A DNA stretch of 64,000 nucleotides. Source: a virus. The notes beneath the pieces were generated by a model. The model saw nothing but the letters and a program-made list of their open reading frames with translations, was not told the origin of the DNA and did not search any database. The stretch covers positions 1-64,000 of IMG/VR virus record IMGVR_UViG_3300021197_001995; one strand, 5' to 3'. The position numbers and the translations under genes were made by a program. Below, in pieces: positions 30,801 through 39,200 of this stretch (position 1 is the stretch's first letter; each line of letters starts with the position of its first letter).

Positions 30801-31974
30801 TGGCCCAGAAGTGACAGCTCTGTCCAAACGCGAACGCGCCTATCAACTGAGAGCAGCCAGTGGCACCGTTGACTATTATGACGATTACCGGGCCGAAGAC
30901 CCGAACACCGGCGCGCCAGCGGCAAGAGAAGACTTCCTGGTTGCAACCATACCTTTAGCATCTCATGAACAGGTGATAGACCCTTTCGACTGCCCTGAGG
31001 TTGTAGGTATTTTCGAAACAGGATTTGTACCCGACGTATCGGCGCGCCACAACGAATTTTTGCTAAAAATCTCACAAGATTTTTCTCATGATTCGGAATT
31101 CAAGGATTATTTAGAGCATCTATTTCCTGTACGTCGGTTCATGGCCATGTCCTCAATTTTTGCCACATCAGTGCTTGGAGGTTACAACAACTTGCCAACG
31201 TTAATGAAGTCAGCTAAATCCATGATTGCCATGGTAGGCCTCTCTGCGTCAACATTGCCAGCGCAGCGCGCTGGAATCTTGAATATGGATCAGGCAGATT
31301 TTGCAAAACATGTTAGAGATCAGTATCCTGGCGACCCTGATGATCCAAAGTGCTTTGATTTTCCCGGCTTAGGTAAGGAATTCTGGGAAGCTTTTTGGGA
31401 AGAAATTAAAAAATTAGTGTATTATTTTCCTTCGATTTTGTTTAGGGGTGTGGCCAACCAATTAGACCCAGCCTACAAAGAAATGCGCGCTCATTATCTG
31501 AACTGCGACATTAGAGAGTTGACTTGGTCAGGATTAAACTGGAGTTCTGACGGTAAATTTGACCTAACAAATGGCCTCCGCACAGGAACCGGCAACAATC
31601 CAAACGGAAAGTACGTCAACATTATGACCGCAGCACCAATCGATCTCATCAGCGCTTCGACCGACCTATTGTTTTACGGCCGTTGGAAGCCGCTTGAAGC
31701 CACTGTTTTGAAGACTATTTCGTATGTTTACAGTGGAATGATTCCATTTGTTGACCTGACTACATTATTCAAAATACCTTGCGATGACGTAGACATGAAT
31801 TGGAAGGACGGCAAAAAGTATGACTTTGGTAAATACGGCCGCTACGGTCACCCTGTTAGTCCTTTTACAGCATTGGCTTTATCAACTTTTCAATTACCCG
31901 CGGATAAAGACAAGCGTAAGGCCAATTGCGCGCTGGAGCCAGGAGTACTCCCGCCAGAAGATTGCGATGATTAA
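21868..31974 (+). CDS. Giant (3368 aa) putative virion/baseplate-associated protein
   Basis: Uninterrupted 10.1 kb ORF between the spike-like and gp25-like genes. Degenerate PG-binding-like N-terminus and Cys-studded helical regions. Confidence 0.75.
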   Translation: MAFKIEIQHNSSTLSFVPRSVGDVGRDILAVKVALGLIKEISNGRVISDNSNNEGYEFSPEIPLDRQNWFDCQTGLGSDLKTACLFDLPLQSAITTFQIENRFLITNYLFEKYSTRKIIQETVGFQSMPSSEYQAIVESEVSLSILSYDEEFGSLGEGTLAVLHGWRPQTIISNDGYVHDRNLFNSSDKIVDIVPEAIWRLATRSTRSNLADRGYILRTNPSNPESRIATRQNDASRLEAYIAQAPSYKDWIRDISGIRFDELIPYRGIDYKVSWENTSMLISPSRIVVNQTEEFGDVALLGPTELRERMNNFFYPDPFSTSKPFIIDENRIGIFYETNFELSSAGPLPTHQDAEVIEIEDLALKEVLDFYNKPKVWNFILDDATFLSTYEINHDEYSPDHNGSFPLEISTERVRSSKLYKAYELQEQLIQNRIKRLEDSLDTDQSGPSHPRSFASREEFEQSISTLITNHKASMDALRSKMQRALAEGVFRKQDFWVLTTQDMLDKMQEGSAQSWRQVSSETTEPLIKFIEYRTPSLRPGHKYRALLEINRHKLDLIVYGDDPEQGTELVTMQQNLAAEARTSNVKVCENSDPEQARRTYEEYKVHAQKKRREFARALREKVQESLDVTTVDMGPMGPFNLNNAFPGLYGLSGITDDYEYTSKALKLLVDTGSPILELDFWGDYGVDTSAESLNAMLNDLNLDEDNASPAEVEANFKKGFGQILMPWEEFKKRIQTASEDLSEAARTIEKEAIKFIRGSNFKPKNEAQLLKRVVSQMEELLNNPKVLDSNDMPIDKILEKHAKERVMIRIGFKTSVTTEDLGPKNGKDITSIALLVQETGFFGDLGQGRPFAELEVSFDAFDQDAKAQHAELQAFESLSRPRTVNYISNVGKMTNPFPSTFKGFVKSFWDDKRMSCSQLGIDSEKGIALSLVGSYTSGIAVDLEKDDEGLTEAFKDWATKNFKDPAMKWVDQSAKNYEDSKKNTFDEEEALNAFGKLCTLEDLYKEFIDKVDLKSLLCDYLKCIGLPAFEFKLPNLYLPPFPKIPILGWYGGLWKFLKNRFKEILIRILCTFVRTLIDKLAFPFCEEQLEEFIAAGSSATPIMNKALADALTNTGITSGNKEKAKDYFDDISQLTTGRELCHLLRGKPLDAAGMQMMRRMVEKNGLSSDLNTDEAIVNYFGVLGTYIPFEICEELENLSASSSDLGSVDPEDCSELASSLRAIRNRLQTGDSNLSNQEVEDVLALAQKNLDDRKAEIDALSGSNLEFALPEEFNAGSKHLINTELPPAMTTTIDQIAKGLFLPAKAIYISCLSSYVPSLKVQTPSVPTAGDEDYDQNSTLTMEACLEQMRRYARSIAEESGEGLSLVETLEESGFFERAKYHGLGNWSSISAGIDVPAELEFLNPSRDLNNPRTRVENQEMIEALVKIDIARTLKLKQIISAFTIFENFGHYPAGAFDHWVRNFYGPLTLRPRNRDELVGPNGEWSFDQWWRVRPGQTGLSNSLADCWHYLTHAARLPWPSDDFRTVFPGVVRNWAVTKSLTSSRWWRGWKRDTEVGPGGGPGNRFFDEDRLQEIYHPSPDEPDSRVDALSTWFNKIDTIEWNSWLELIVPDSNTTEYDLTAAAQHRHANASLWSLVRTNNFKMPMLSNQVYSTSFERSESFLDDAMAFFYGDADSPPSWGDYSGYNFNPRPARTSTFRELKGSPLFLVGGPSGKEFLPDPEFGSRIMTDINQFRNSPNAGPQGQDLFLPLENLTDFQRTFPDKFRNHGWDTAHDLSYPAAENGPHLTDPVANDDVFVKIVPPNSNLGILSATNTLLPDGPNIGNADGEDYQYVDLILGHPFQECRVYSPGEISLNPEDYSGPELINYREGTGPVGLDRIKWTGDYLPRQGPFGNSDAFDSANNSAVQENFFGTIRDYQFIGGPNDAENWEAAPSLGTSLTGRIFFPKSHTQLGPDQWWTRNTNRSERTWYGHGSQVGRATNLAGVISDWPDNPAGDAHPHGRQWAADPAMAGFPDFYFFANEEQRHPVPDLGRHKHHGHTMRELQDDETRLPWERISDDLRFMHNQRNSHYRRMSEQLYMKIVQEASCYSMVVDDMVIPFHDESSLKGFVMDSLKNRIEILEESMVIYGTKAEATFTSVFENLPIESPFSGFGGGSSVSILPQNVKELFTLYETERIYKPGMPKDENPENFHLVHKRYFLDEEQRERYISYGDFIRIMRDPLMSSADRREFYFKPINPVDEAIFDVVAANFNYIAPNGSKNPMPDVVLEEVLGPLIPGFSRVLSNDLFFVDSRAEALRSIARPLLNSTKDITHKLLLDDDRDALVEINLDLELNTAENARTIYENNPMLLEIAGVRMNKLTTIITELLQTLNKGFSHALLPTVSTIFELISRSHPSMGSNLNAVYSLMTNNNRDSTRIAFKVGQGAYSPGISLVDYPSNSGSQDRFNIVVDGDTNLSQGANHSLKNSPFDTNPDYQNPDSLDGESTNFRKIMKFCEVLPERLRREASPAGEESFNKREAFSKLLTQIIRENTLIPRQRQPGEARQAPETDDNFLQNQLIPALKGEIYDEISANIMNMLSDSVSQSPLFNDQYSDDLDSRVSGKAIITQTGTGRCISNRYSLEEASILSFNEAVLGDPSQEVIVEMQKPESSPFNRSMNKLEPFDKAMRTVSVKSFIRICLIEMMLKGGLAYSVWDLESVVGSPVFIEYIKEHVRKELDKNKAIAPIWSDVLQRSTGINNQVRALDIVVREELVKIPQYSQQIFHPNQSRMDYYNWFAYGRTLLSSDVFSYALPELENQRNFFQKEGLFYQFPVPKTVPSSDSPVFGYTHAGSMDVQNRTRAYSSLRSFPKSSERINAAEELAQNSYFKGDSKAPSAKLFFEDYVRVSGELVAFFAHSPVYNRDYEEGQFEWVFTFSEFNYAIEHLNRASTPAKLTSVLQNSTVKIGKRLSLLLNRGLNSDAEFADSAIPEIIRRITGPEVTALSKRERAYQLRAASGTVDYYDDYRAEDPNTGAPAAREDFLVATIPLASHEQVIDPFDCPEVVGIFETGFVPDVSARHNEFLLKISQDFSHDSEFKDYLEHLFPVRRFMAMSSIFATSVLGGYNNLPTLMKSAKSMIAMVGLSASTLPAQRAGILNMDQADFAKHVRDQYPGDPDDPKCFDFPGLGKEFWEAFWEEIKKLVYYFPSILFRGVANQLDPAYKEMRAHYLNCDIRELTWSGLNWSSDGKFDLTNGLRTGTGNNPNGKYVNIMTAAPIDLISASTDLLFYGRWKPLEATVLKTISYVYSGMIPFVDLTTLFKIPCDDVDMNWKDGKKYDFGKYGRYGHPVSPFTALALSTFQLPADKDKRKANCALEPGVLPPEDCDD

Positions 31975-32031
31975 TAATTACATTATGTCACACCACTGCT
32001 ACCAAATGATTAGAAGTTATTTTGAAATGCT

Positions 32032-32038
32032 CTATTTA
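32032..32038 (+). promoter_or_regulatory. Putative late promoter CTATTTA
   Basis: Intergenic, upstream of the GAGAGG SD and GTG start at 32059. Confidence 0.5.
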
Positions 32039-32058
32039 TTAAAGAGAGGTGTTGAAAA

Positions 32059-32586
32059 GTGACTTCCGGAATAAAAGCTTTAACTGAAAAATCAAAATCA
32101 AAAAAGGCAAACTCTAAATATCAGCCGACTTTTCCACTGGATTATGATGGGAACAACGGGCCTTATAGGTCTGTTGACTCACTGGTAGAATCCCTGCAGA
32201 GAAACTTTGAGATCCTTTTGTTAACGCACCCTGGCTCTTGGCCAATGAATCCCGCCATGGGAATCGGATTGGAGTCTTATTTGTTTGAATCACACAATAC
32301 TGGAATTTTGCTAGGCCTGCAGGCAAAAATAACAAGTCAACTTGCAATGTTCCTGCCAAGTGTGCAATTAATGAAAGTAGAACTTCTATCTACTGAAGAT
32401 CAGAGGGATAGTAGCTTTATGAACGTAAGATTAATTTATTCTATACTTGGAAAGACCACAGCCAGCTCTACAACAAGTCGCGATAGTTCTGGAGACATCA
32501 ACCTAGAAACAGGGCTTCTAGATAAAGACGCGTCATCGTTCCGCGACCGCGCAACAAAGCTGCAAAGTCACATGACAGAGATATAA
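32059..32586 (+). CDS. Baseplate protein, gp25/GpW-like
   Basis: QRNFEILLLTHPGSWPMNPAMGIGLESYLFE ... I..QL..FLPSV matches the gp25 pattern LLT.PGER...P.FG.GL..YLFE. Confidence 0.8.
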   Translation: MTSGIKALTEKSKSKKANSKYQPTFPLDYDGNNGPYRSVDSLVESLQRNFEILLLTHPGSWPMNPAMGIGLESYLFESHNTGILLGLQAKITSQLAMFLPSVQLMKVELLSTEDQRDSSFMNVRLIYSILGKTTASSTTSRDSSGDINLETGLLDKDASSFRDRATKLQSHMTEI

Positions 32587-32612
32587 AAGAATGAAGATTG
32601 GAGAAAACTAGA

Positions 32613-34418
32613 ATGTCAAAAAACAACAAAAGAGGCTCTTCGGATACCAATTTCGCAAATGTAACGTTTGATGAGATAAAAGAAAGGCTGGTAAACAGAG
32701 CAAAAATCTACTATCCAGACACTTATAAAGATTTTAACGAATCCAGCTTCGGATCAATGATGATCGACTTAATCTCCCTTGTGGGAGAGCAATTAAACTT
32801 CTATACTCAATTTGTAGCGAATGAAAATTACATCTCATCAACTAGAACAGTTCAAGGAATGACGGCCGCGGCCAACCGTGAAGGGATACAGATCTCAAAC
32901 AACTACACTAGTGTGGGAACGGTCAACTTTTACGCGCGAATCCCGGCAGATTCAATCATGTCTGGACCGGACAAATCTTATCAATTCACGCTTCTCCGCG
33001 GCGCCATAGTCGCTAACGATTCTGGCGGAGTGTTCACGGTCTCAGAAGACGTGATAGTTGACACTAACACCGACAACATAATAGGTACAGAATATACAGA
33101 TGATGGGTCTAGAATAACATACTATGTCTACGAGATCGAAGTGCCAGTTGTATCTGGAGAAGAAAGAACATTTACTGCCGACATAGGAACTTATAGGAAA
33201 TTTTTGAAACTTGAAGTGAAAGATGACACTGTAAGTTCTATTCTGAGCGTCGTGGATTCTAACGGCAATGAATTCTTTGAGGTCCCAAACCTGAGCCACG
33301 ATGTCGTTTACAAAGAGGTGTTAGACAGGAAGAACAACGACCCAAACACGCCATCTAGGTTAGTACCGACTCCTGCCCCTAGAAGGTTTGAAGTTAGGTT
33401 TGAGGGGGATAGGACATTTTTAGTATTCGGATTCGGATCCGAGAGCACTCTCAAGGTAAAGGGGGTGGCCAACCCTAGTGATCTGGCCCTCGACAGATCA
33501 GGGAGAAGTTATGTCTCTGACACCGCATTCGATCCTTCGAAATTATTATCTAGTAATAAGTTCGGGGTATCACCACAAAACACGACCCTGACGATTGTTT
33601 ATAGATCTAACACTTCGGAAAACTCAAACGCCGCAGCTAACACAATAAAAAATGTGGTCTCCGCGGAGTTGTTATTCAACTCAGAAGAAACGCTTGATAA
33701 AGCAAAGCTGAGCCACATTAGATCTTCAATGGCCTGCACTAATCTTGAGGCTATAAATGGATCCCTGACTTTTAACTCAACTCAAGAAATTGCAGAAACC
33801 ATACGTTCCGCCAGAGGCTCCCGCGGCCGCGCTGTCACTTTGCAAGATTACACAGCTATGTGCTACACTATGCCCTCAAAATTCGGATCAGTGTACAGAG
33901 TCTCTATACTTAAAGATGACAATGACTTGAAGAGGAACTTAAACCTTTTCGCAATAAGCCAAAGCAAGGACGGATTCCTCCAGGCGCCAAGCAAGGTTTT
34001 GAAAGAAAACCTAAAAAGGTGGTTAAATGTAGGAAGGATGGTTTCAGACACAATAGATATCTTTCCTGCAACCATACTAAACCTAGGAATTTATTTCGAC
34101 GCAGTGCTGTCGAACAGAGTCAATAAAGCCACGGCACTGTCAGAGATAAGAAGTAATCTATTTTCAGAACTTAAACTTTCAACACCACAAATCGGACAGT
34201 ACTTCTCAGTGGGAGAAATTGAGAAAATACTAAACAACATGCCAATGATTTCCAGAGTCAATAACGTAAAGATTTTACTCAAAACGGGGCAGAACTATTC
34301 AGATACAAGATTCAGTGTTTCAACTAATGTTTCCCATGACGGAAGCTTAATTTATGTCCCGTCTAATTTTATTTGGGAAGTTAAGTACGAAGAAGATATA
34401 ACAGGAAAAATAGAATAA
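32613..34418 (+). CDS. Baseplate wedge subunit (T4 gp6-like)
   Basis: F..IKE.L......YPD.Y.DFNESSFG.MMID...VG..LNFY, FGFG and RAVTLQDY. GGAGA SD before the ATG at 32613. Confidence 0.85.
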   Translation: MSKNNKRGSSDTNFANVTFDEIKERLVNRAKIYYPDTYKDFNESSFGSMMIDLISLVGEQLNFYTQFVANENYISSTRTVQGMTAAANREGIQISNNYTSVGTVNFYARIPADSIMSGPDKSYQFTLLRGAIVANDSGGVFTVSEDVIVDTNTDNIIGTEYTDDGSRITYYVYEIEVPVVSGEERTFTADIGTYRKFLKLEVKDDTVSSILSVVDSNGNEFFEVPNLSHDVVYKEVLDRKNNDPNTPSRLVPTPAPRRFEVRFEGDRTFLVFGFGSESTLKVKGVANPSDLALDRSGRSYVSDTAFDPSKLLSSNKFGVSPQNTTLTIVYRSNTSENSNAAANTIKNVVSAELLFNSEETLDKAKLSHIRSSMACTNLEAINGSLTFNSTQEIAETIRSARGSRGRAVTLQDYTAMCYTMPSKFGSVYRVSILKDDNDLKRNLNLFAISQSKDGFLQAPSKVLKENLKRWLNVGRMVSDTIDIFPATILNLGIYFDAVLSNRVNKATALSEIRSNLFSELKLSTPQIGQYFSVGEIEKILNNMPMISRVNNVKILLKTGQNYSDTRFSVSTNVSHDGSLIYVPSNFIWEVKYEEDITGKIE

Positions 34419-36238
34419 TGTCAATTAAAAGATTTATAGCAAACAAAGATAACACAATCACGGACGCATTCAATCCCGGTAACAGAACCAGGGGCACATC
34501 GTCCAACATGGGCGCCTCGGACAGCGCGGAAATATTCTCCATTTATGCCCAAGCGAATACCAGCTCCCTCGAACGCGCACGCGCATTATTTGAATTCCCA
34601 ATCCAAGAAATCCTAACGTCAAGAAACGCAGGAAAGATCCAAGCCTCAGGGTCAGCTACTTTTAGATTAAAGATTTTCAACGTAGAGCATACGTCTACAA
34701 CTCCAGAAGACTTTAAACTCGTAGTATCTCCGCTCTTAGAACCCTGGAGCGAAGGTATCGGACTAGACATGGAAACGTATACGGACAAATATGCTTCAAA
34801 TTGGTTGTCATCCAGCCTTGCTACCGCCTGGAAATACCCGGGATCCACTCACGCGGATTCCATAAAAGAAGACTTTGCTCTTAATGCAACTAGTGAGAAT
34901 TACGAACAAACTTTCTCAACAGGCCACGAAGATTTATCTATAGATGTAACTCCGCTTGTAGAAAAATGGCTGTTACATGAAGCTGGAAACTCTATAAAGG
35001 CATCCGGATCAATACAATTAACCGGTGTCCCAACATCCGGCCACCAGATAAAGCTGTATACTTATGGGGGAGATAATCACTTGTTTCAGTTTTCGACATC
35101 ATCAGTGAACGGAGACTCACTCTCTTACGTTGAGATTGCAGCAGGAGACATACCCGCTACCAGAAACAACCTTTTGACCTCAATAAGCGCCACAAGTAAA
35201 TTTACTGGCCAGGCCGCCGCCACAGATAAAGTTATAGTAAAGCAAGTGACGAGCGGGTTTTATGGAAACACTAAGATTTCTTCTAGCGCAGGTACACCAA
35301 TAGCTGCAGTAAACTTCGCCGGCGGAACAGGAATCGTGAATTATGGTCTAGTCGCGAAGCTTTCCGGATCCGCAGAAACTGGGGCGACCAAAGCATCTTA
35401 TTACACTAAGCGTTTCTCAACCAGAAAATCAGAATTCTTCATGAAGCGCCCGGTAATAGAAGTTCAACAGTCTGTGGTCATAACAGACGACCGAGGCAAT
35501 TTAATTAAATCTTCTGTCTTGGCAGAAGAAAAAGATAATTTAAATAAAATTTATTTCTACAACTACATTAATAACTCCCTCAAGGACATACCCTCCGCGG
35601 CAATACCCAATGGACTGATCGTAAGGTTAGCCACTTCTTCAGCCGGCAGCGCGGATGTGGAATTACACGGTCCAAATACTCACGGGCGCCATGCATTGGC
35701 TACTAAGATTTCCACAGGAGTATACGAGGCCCAGTTCGGATACAGCGGCTCTGTATCAACGCTTTATGATGTTTGGCAGGTTTCAGGAAGCAACCCAGCA
35801 ATTTATACAGGTTCAGCAATGAAAGTGAATTCTTTAGCCTTTCAACAACGCAAGGGAAATCAAGATTACACAATAAATATAACCAACTTAAAACCCTCTT
35901 ACAGAGCAGACGAAGTTGAAACTTTTAGAGTGTATACTAGAAACAAAGACTGGTCACAGAATGTGTACACCAAAGCAACACAGACGGCGCCAGTAGACAC
36001 TATAAAAGAATCATTCTATAGCGTGAAGAGAGTAGCGGACAATCATGAAGTAATCTCTTACTCAACATCAAGCGCAACCGCGTATTCAAAACTATCTTAC
36101 GATGCAAGTGGTTCTTTTTTCGATTTGGATATGTCAATTCTAGAACCAAACTATTTATATGAAGTAAGCATCTTGAGCAAGCAAGATGATAGCTATGTAG
36201 AACAAAAAGAAAAGTTTAGGTTTAGAATAGATCCATGA
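34418..36238 (+). CDS. Putative baseplate/tail structural protein with one inserted AATAT...FxGG module
   Basis: KRFIANKDNTI start, DVTPLVEKW...NYGL, and KRFS...EFF..RPVIE. Module at about 35000-35326. Confidence 0.7.
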   Translation: MSIKRFIANKDNTITDAFNPGNRTRGTSSNMGASDSAEIFSIYAQANTSSLERARALFEFPIQEILTSRNAGKIQASGSATFRLKIFNVEHTSTTPEDFKLVVSPLLEPWSEGIGLDMETYTDKYASNWLSSSLATAWKYPGSTHADSIKEDFALNATSENYEQTFSTGHEDLSIDVTPLVEKWLLHEAGNSIKASGSIQLTGVPTSGHQIKLYTYGGDNHLFQFSTSSVNGDSLSYVEIAAGDIPATRNNLLTSISATSKFTGQAAATDKVIVKQVTSGFYGNTKISSSAGTPIAAVNFAGGTGIVNYGLVAKLSGSAETGATKASYYTKRFSTRKSEFFMKRPVIEVQQSVVITDDRGNLIKSSVLAEEKDNLNKIYFYNYINNSLKDIPSAAIPNGLIVRLATSSAGSADVELHGPNTHGRHALATKISTGVYEAQFGYSGSVSTLYDVWQVSGSNPAIYTGSAMKVNSLAFQQRKGNQDYTINITNLKPSYRADEVETFRVYTRNKDWSQNVYTKATQTAPVDTIKESFYSVKRVADNHEVISYSTSSATAYSKLSYDASGSFFDLDMSILEPNYLYEVSILSKQDDSYVEQKEKFRFRIDP

Positions 36239-39200
36239 CAGATTACAGCAAAGAAATAAGACACTTAACATCAAGAGAGAGAGAAGAGTTTTTCAAGAAG
36301 AAGAAAGTTCATTTTCACAATGAAAAGGATCGACTACTAAGTAGTGATCTTGAGAGTGATAATGAAATGAAGAAATACTCGGAATTGATCAAATCATTTA
36401 GGCCCGATGTTAAAGCAAAGCATCCTGGCACATTCTCTTTTTACGGAAGCGCAGAGCAATACTATAAAGACGCGATATATAACATACTTAATTATTATCC
36501 GTTTGATGGAACAAAAGAAGAGGTATTGAAGTGGTACCTAGAGTCACCGCAAATCGACGTCGCTCTTCTCCGGCAGTTTTGGCCAACAAGTGTCGGCCAT
36601 CTAGATTTTAAATATAGCGAATACTTGCCTTTTTATGCCGGCCCGCAGTCTATACCGGAAGCGGAGTTTTTGGGAAAATACACCAAAGGTGAAACCGCGT
36701 TAAAAATAGGGGGAGAAAAGGGGAACACTGCTGAATTTTGGCTGCAAAAAGTCGATTTCAATTCTGACACGGCGGCCCAAGAAACGATCTTTCATATAGG
36801 AACGCACCCTGGGAAGAAAAACGCGTCTGAATCGGCGAATTTCAAAGTATATCTTTCTGCGACTGCATCTGGAAATCCTTTTCATTTGACCTATAAGTCT
36901 GGTACGATAGGGGCAACAGATCTGCAGTTAAATACAAAGTCACTCACAAGACCGGCCGTCGCTGATTCTAAATGGCATCACTATGCATTCAAGATAACAG
37001 AAGAAAACACAAAATTAATAATTAAAACGTACATCGACGGCCAATTTGATGCAACAACGGAACATTCAATGGGATCAACGATGGGCACAGTTGACACCTA
37101 TATGGCTGGTGCACTCGCGGCTAACATTTCAGACACAACCGGTAATTTGTCCGGCTCATTAGACGACTTTAGATTTTGGAAAGGCGCCCGAACTGAAAAA
37201 CAAATATCTAAATTTTACGATAAAAAAGTGTACGCGTCAGACACTACTAAGTTAAACTACGACTCGCAATTGGGAGTACATTTTTCATTTAATAAAAAGC
37301 CTGTAGGTGTTAGTGATAAAGATAGTCTGGTGCTCGATTCATCCGGAAACGATGTTTTGGGTAGAATAAAAAACTACTCGACTACTTGCAGGAGGGACAC
37401 TTCTGCGATTGACCTGCACTCTGCAAGTGCAAACACAGAATCTCCCGACCCGGTTCTTGATTATGCCAATCCTCTTGTGGTGGCCTTGTCTGAAGAGTTA
37501 GAGAAGATAGGTAAATCTTATGATAAGAACAATAACAAAACCTTAAAAACCTACCTACCAGACTGGACGAAAAAAGAATCCAAAGATTCTCAGTCGCATA
37601 AAGAATTCGAGCTATTGCTTCAAATTCTGGCGACAGAATTCGATGCAATAAAAATGAAGCTCGATTCAGTAAGAAAATTAAGCGCGCCAGAGTATTCTGA
37701 AGCTTTTCACCTCTCGGACACCCAAGCAGAAGGTACAGCAAACGTCAAGATATACTCAGAGTGCGGAGATAGCATTTACTTCAACTGCGCGGACAATGAT
37801 TTGGATCATGATCTAATAGCAGGCAATGAGATCGATTTTTCAAAAAAACTCTTAGAAGATATGGGACTGGAGTTGCCGAACAACTTGCTGCTGTTTCTTG
37901 CAACGCCGGAAGAAGAAGCTCACTCTATAGTCGAAAAACAAACATTAGAAAGAAGCATCTATGAAACGCGACAATTGATGTATAAGGCTCTCGCGAACGC
38001 CTATACGTTCGCTGGTTCACGTAAGGGCGCCGAAAGCTCTTACAACTCTGTACTGAACTCTGTAGCTCTAGGTAACGAGGTCATTTCTACTAACATAATG
38101 GGCCAAAACGCAGATCTGTTTGTAACTGACGCGAAATCTGATAATATTTCTAAGGATATGAAAAGTATTTCATTCGCACAAAACCGGGATGTGACACTGT
38201 TTTTGGATAACACGCTCAGCCAAGACAGAACATTTTTAAAGGCAGACCAAGAAGAGACAGAATATACGTTTGAAGGTACTTTTATCTTTCCAACAAAATC
38301 CTCTCTAGAATACGACATTTCGTCGTCTTCAATTTTTGGATTACACCAGGTTGCTGGAACAAATGGAACCCTAACAACGTCGTCACCAGACAAGGCCAGT
38401 TTTCAGGTTTTTGTCGACAAGGAAAATGAGTCATCTTCAAGTGCAAAATTTACCTTAAAGTCAAGTTCCGGAATAATAAGCGACATAAGTACAGATCTAA
38501 TCTACAGTGTCTATGACAATCAACCATGGAACATAGCGCTTAGAATAATAAAAGAGTCAGACAGTAAATTTATGCCACAAAACGCGTCAACTGTATTCAA
38601 AGTGCAGCTTCTAGGGCACAGCTATATAGGGTCTGAGTTGGTGGAAAGTTTTAAAATAGAGTCAGAAATCACCCAGGCTCAGTTTCAAAATTTTCGACAA
38701 TCGCACAAAACTGTATTTATAGGCGCTCATAGAACAAACATAACAGGTAATCTGATAGATTCTAGTGACATCAAAGTCGTGGACTTTAACGGCTGGAAAG
38801 CTATGTTGACAGATGAGGAACTCAAATTGAGGGCCCAGAACCCTGAACGTTATGGCAGGAATCAAAGCTTTATCTCTAAGGATTTACAAAACAATAAATC
38901 AACAGCAAGAGATCTTATTTTTAGAATGTCCCCTTATGCTTTATCGGATCTAGATTCAGAAAACAAAGTTTATTTGTATGACCTTTCAGATGGCTCTGTA
39001 GAACTTAAAGAAAAATACGGAGATCTTATAGGGTCTAGGTACAACTTTAAGTCAACAGCCTTTTCTTCGGATTTGAAGAACGTAATACATCAGGAATTCA
39101 TTTCTGTTATGGAAAATACGCCCATACAGAATCTTTATGGAAAAGATGGAATTCAGATAAAATCCAACGATTTTAACAAGTTTGACGTTGACTCTCGCCC

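Noticed and set aside
31820-32062. 80-aa + strand ORF bridging the giant gene and gp25
   Set aside because: It overlaps the 3368-aa gene out of frame and runs across the putative promoter and SD of gp25.
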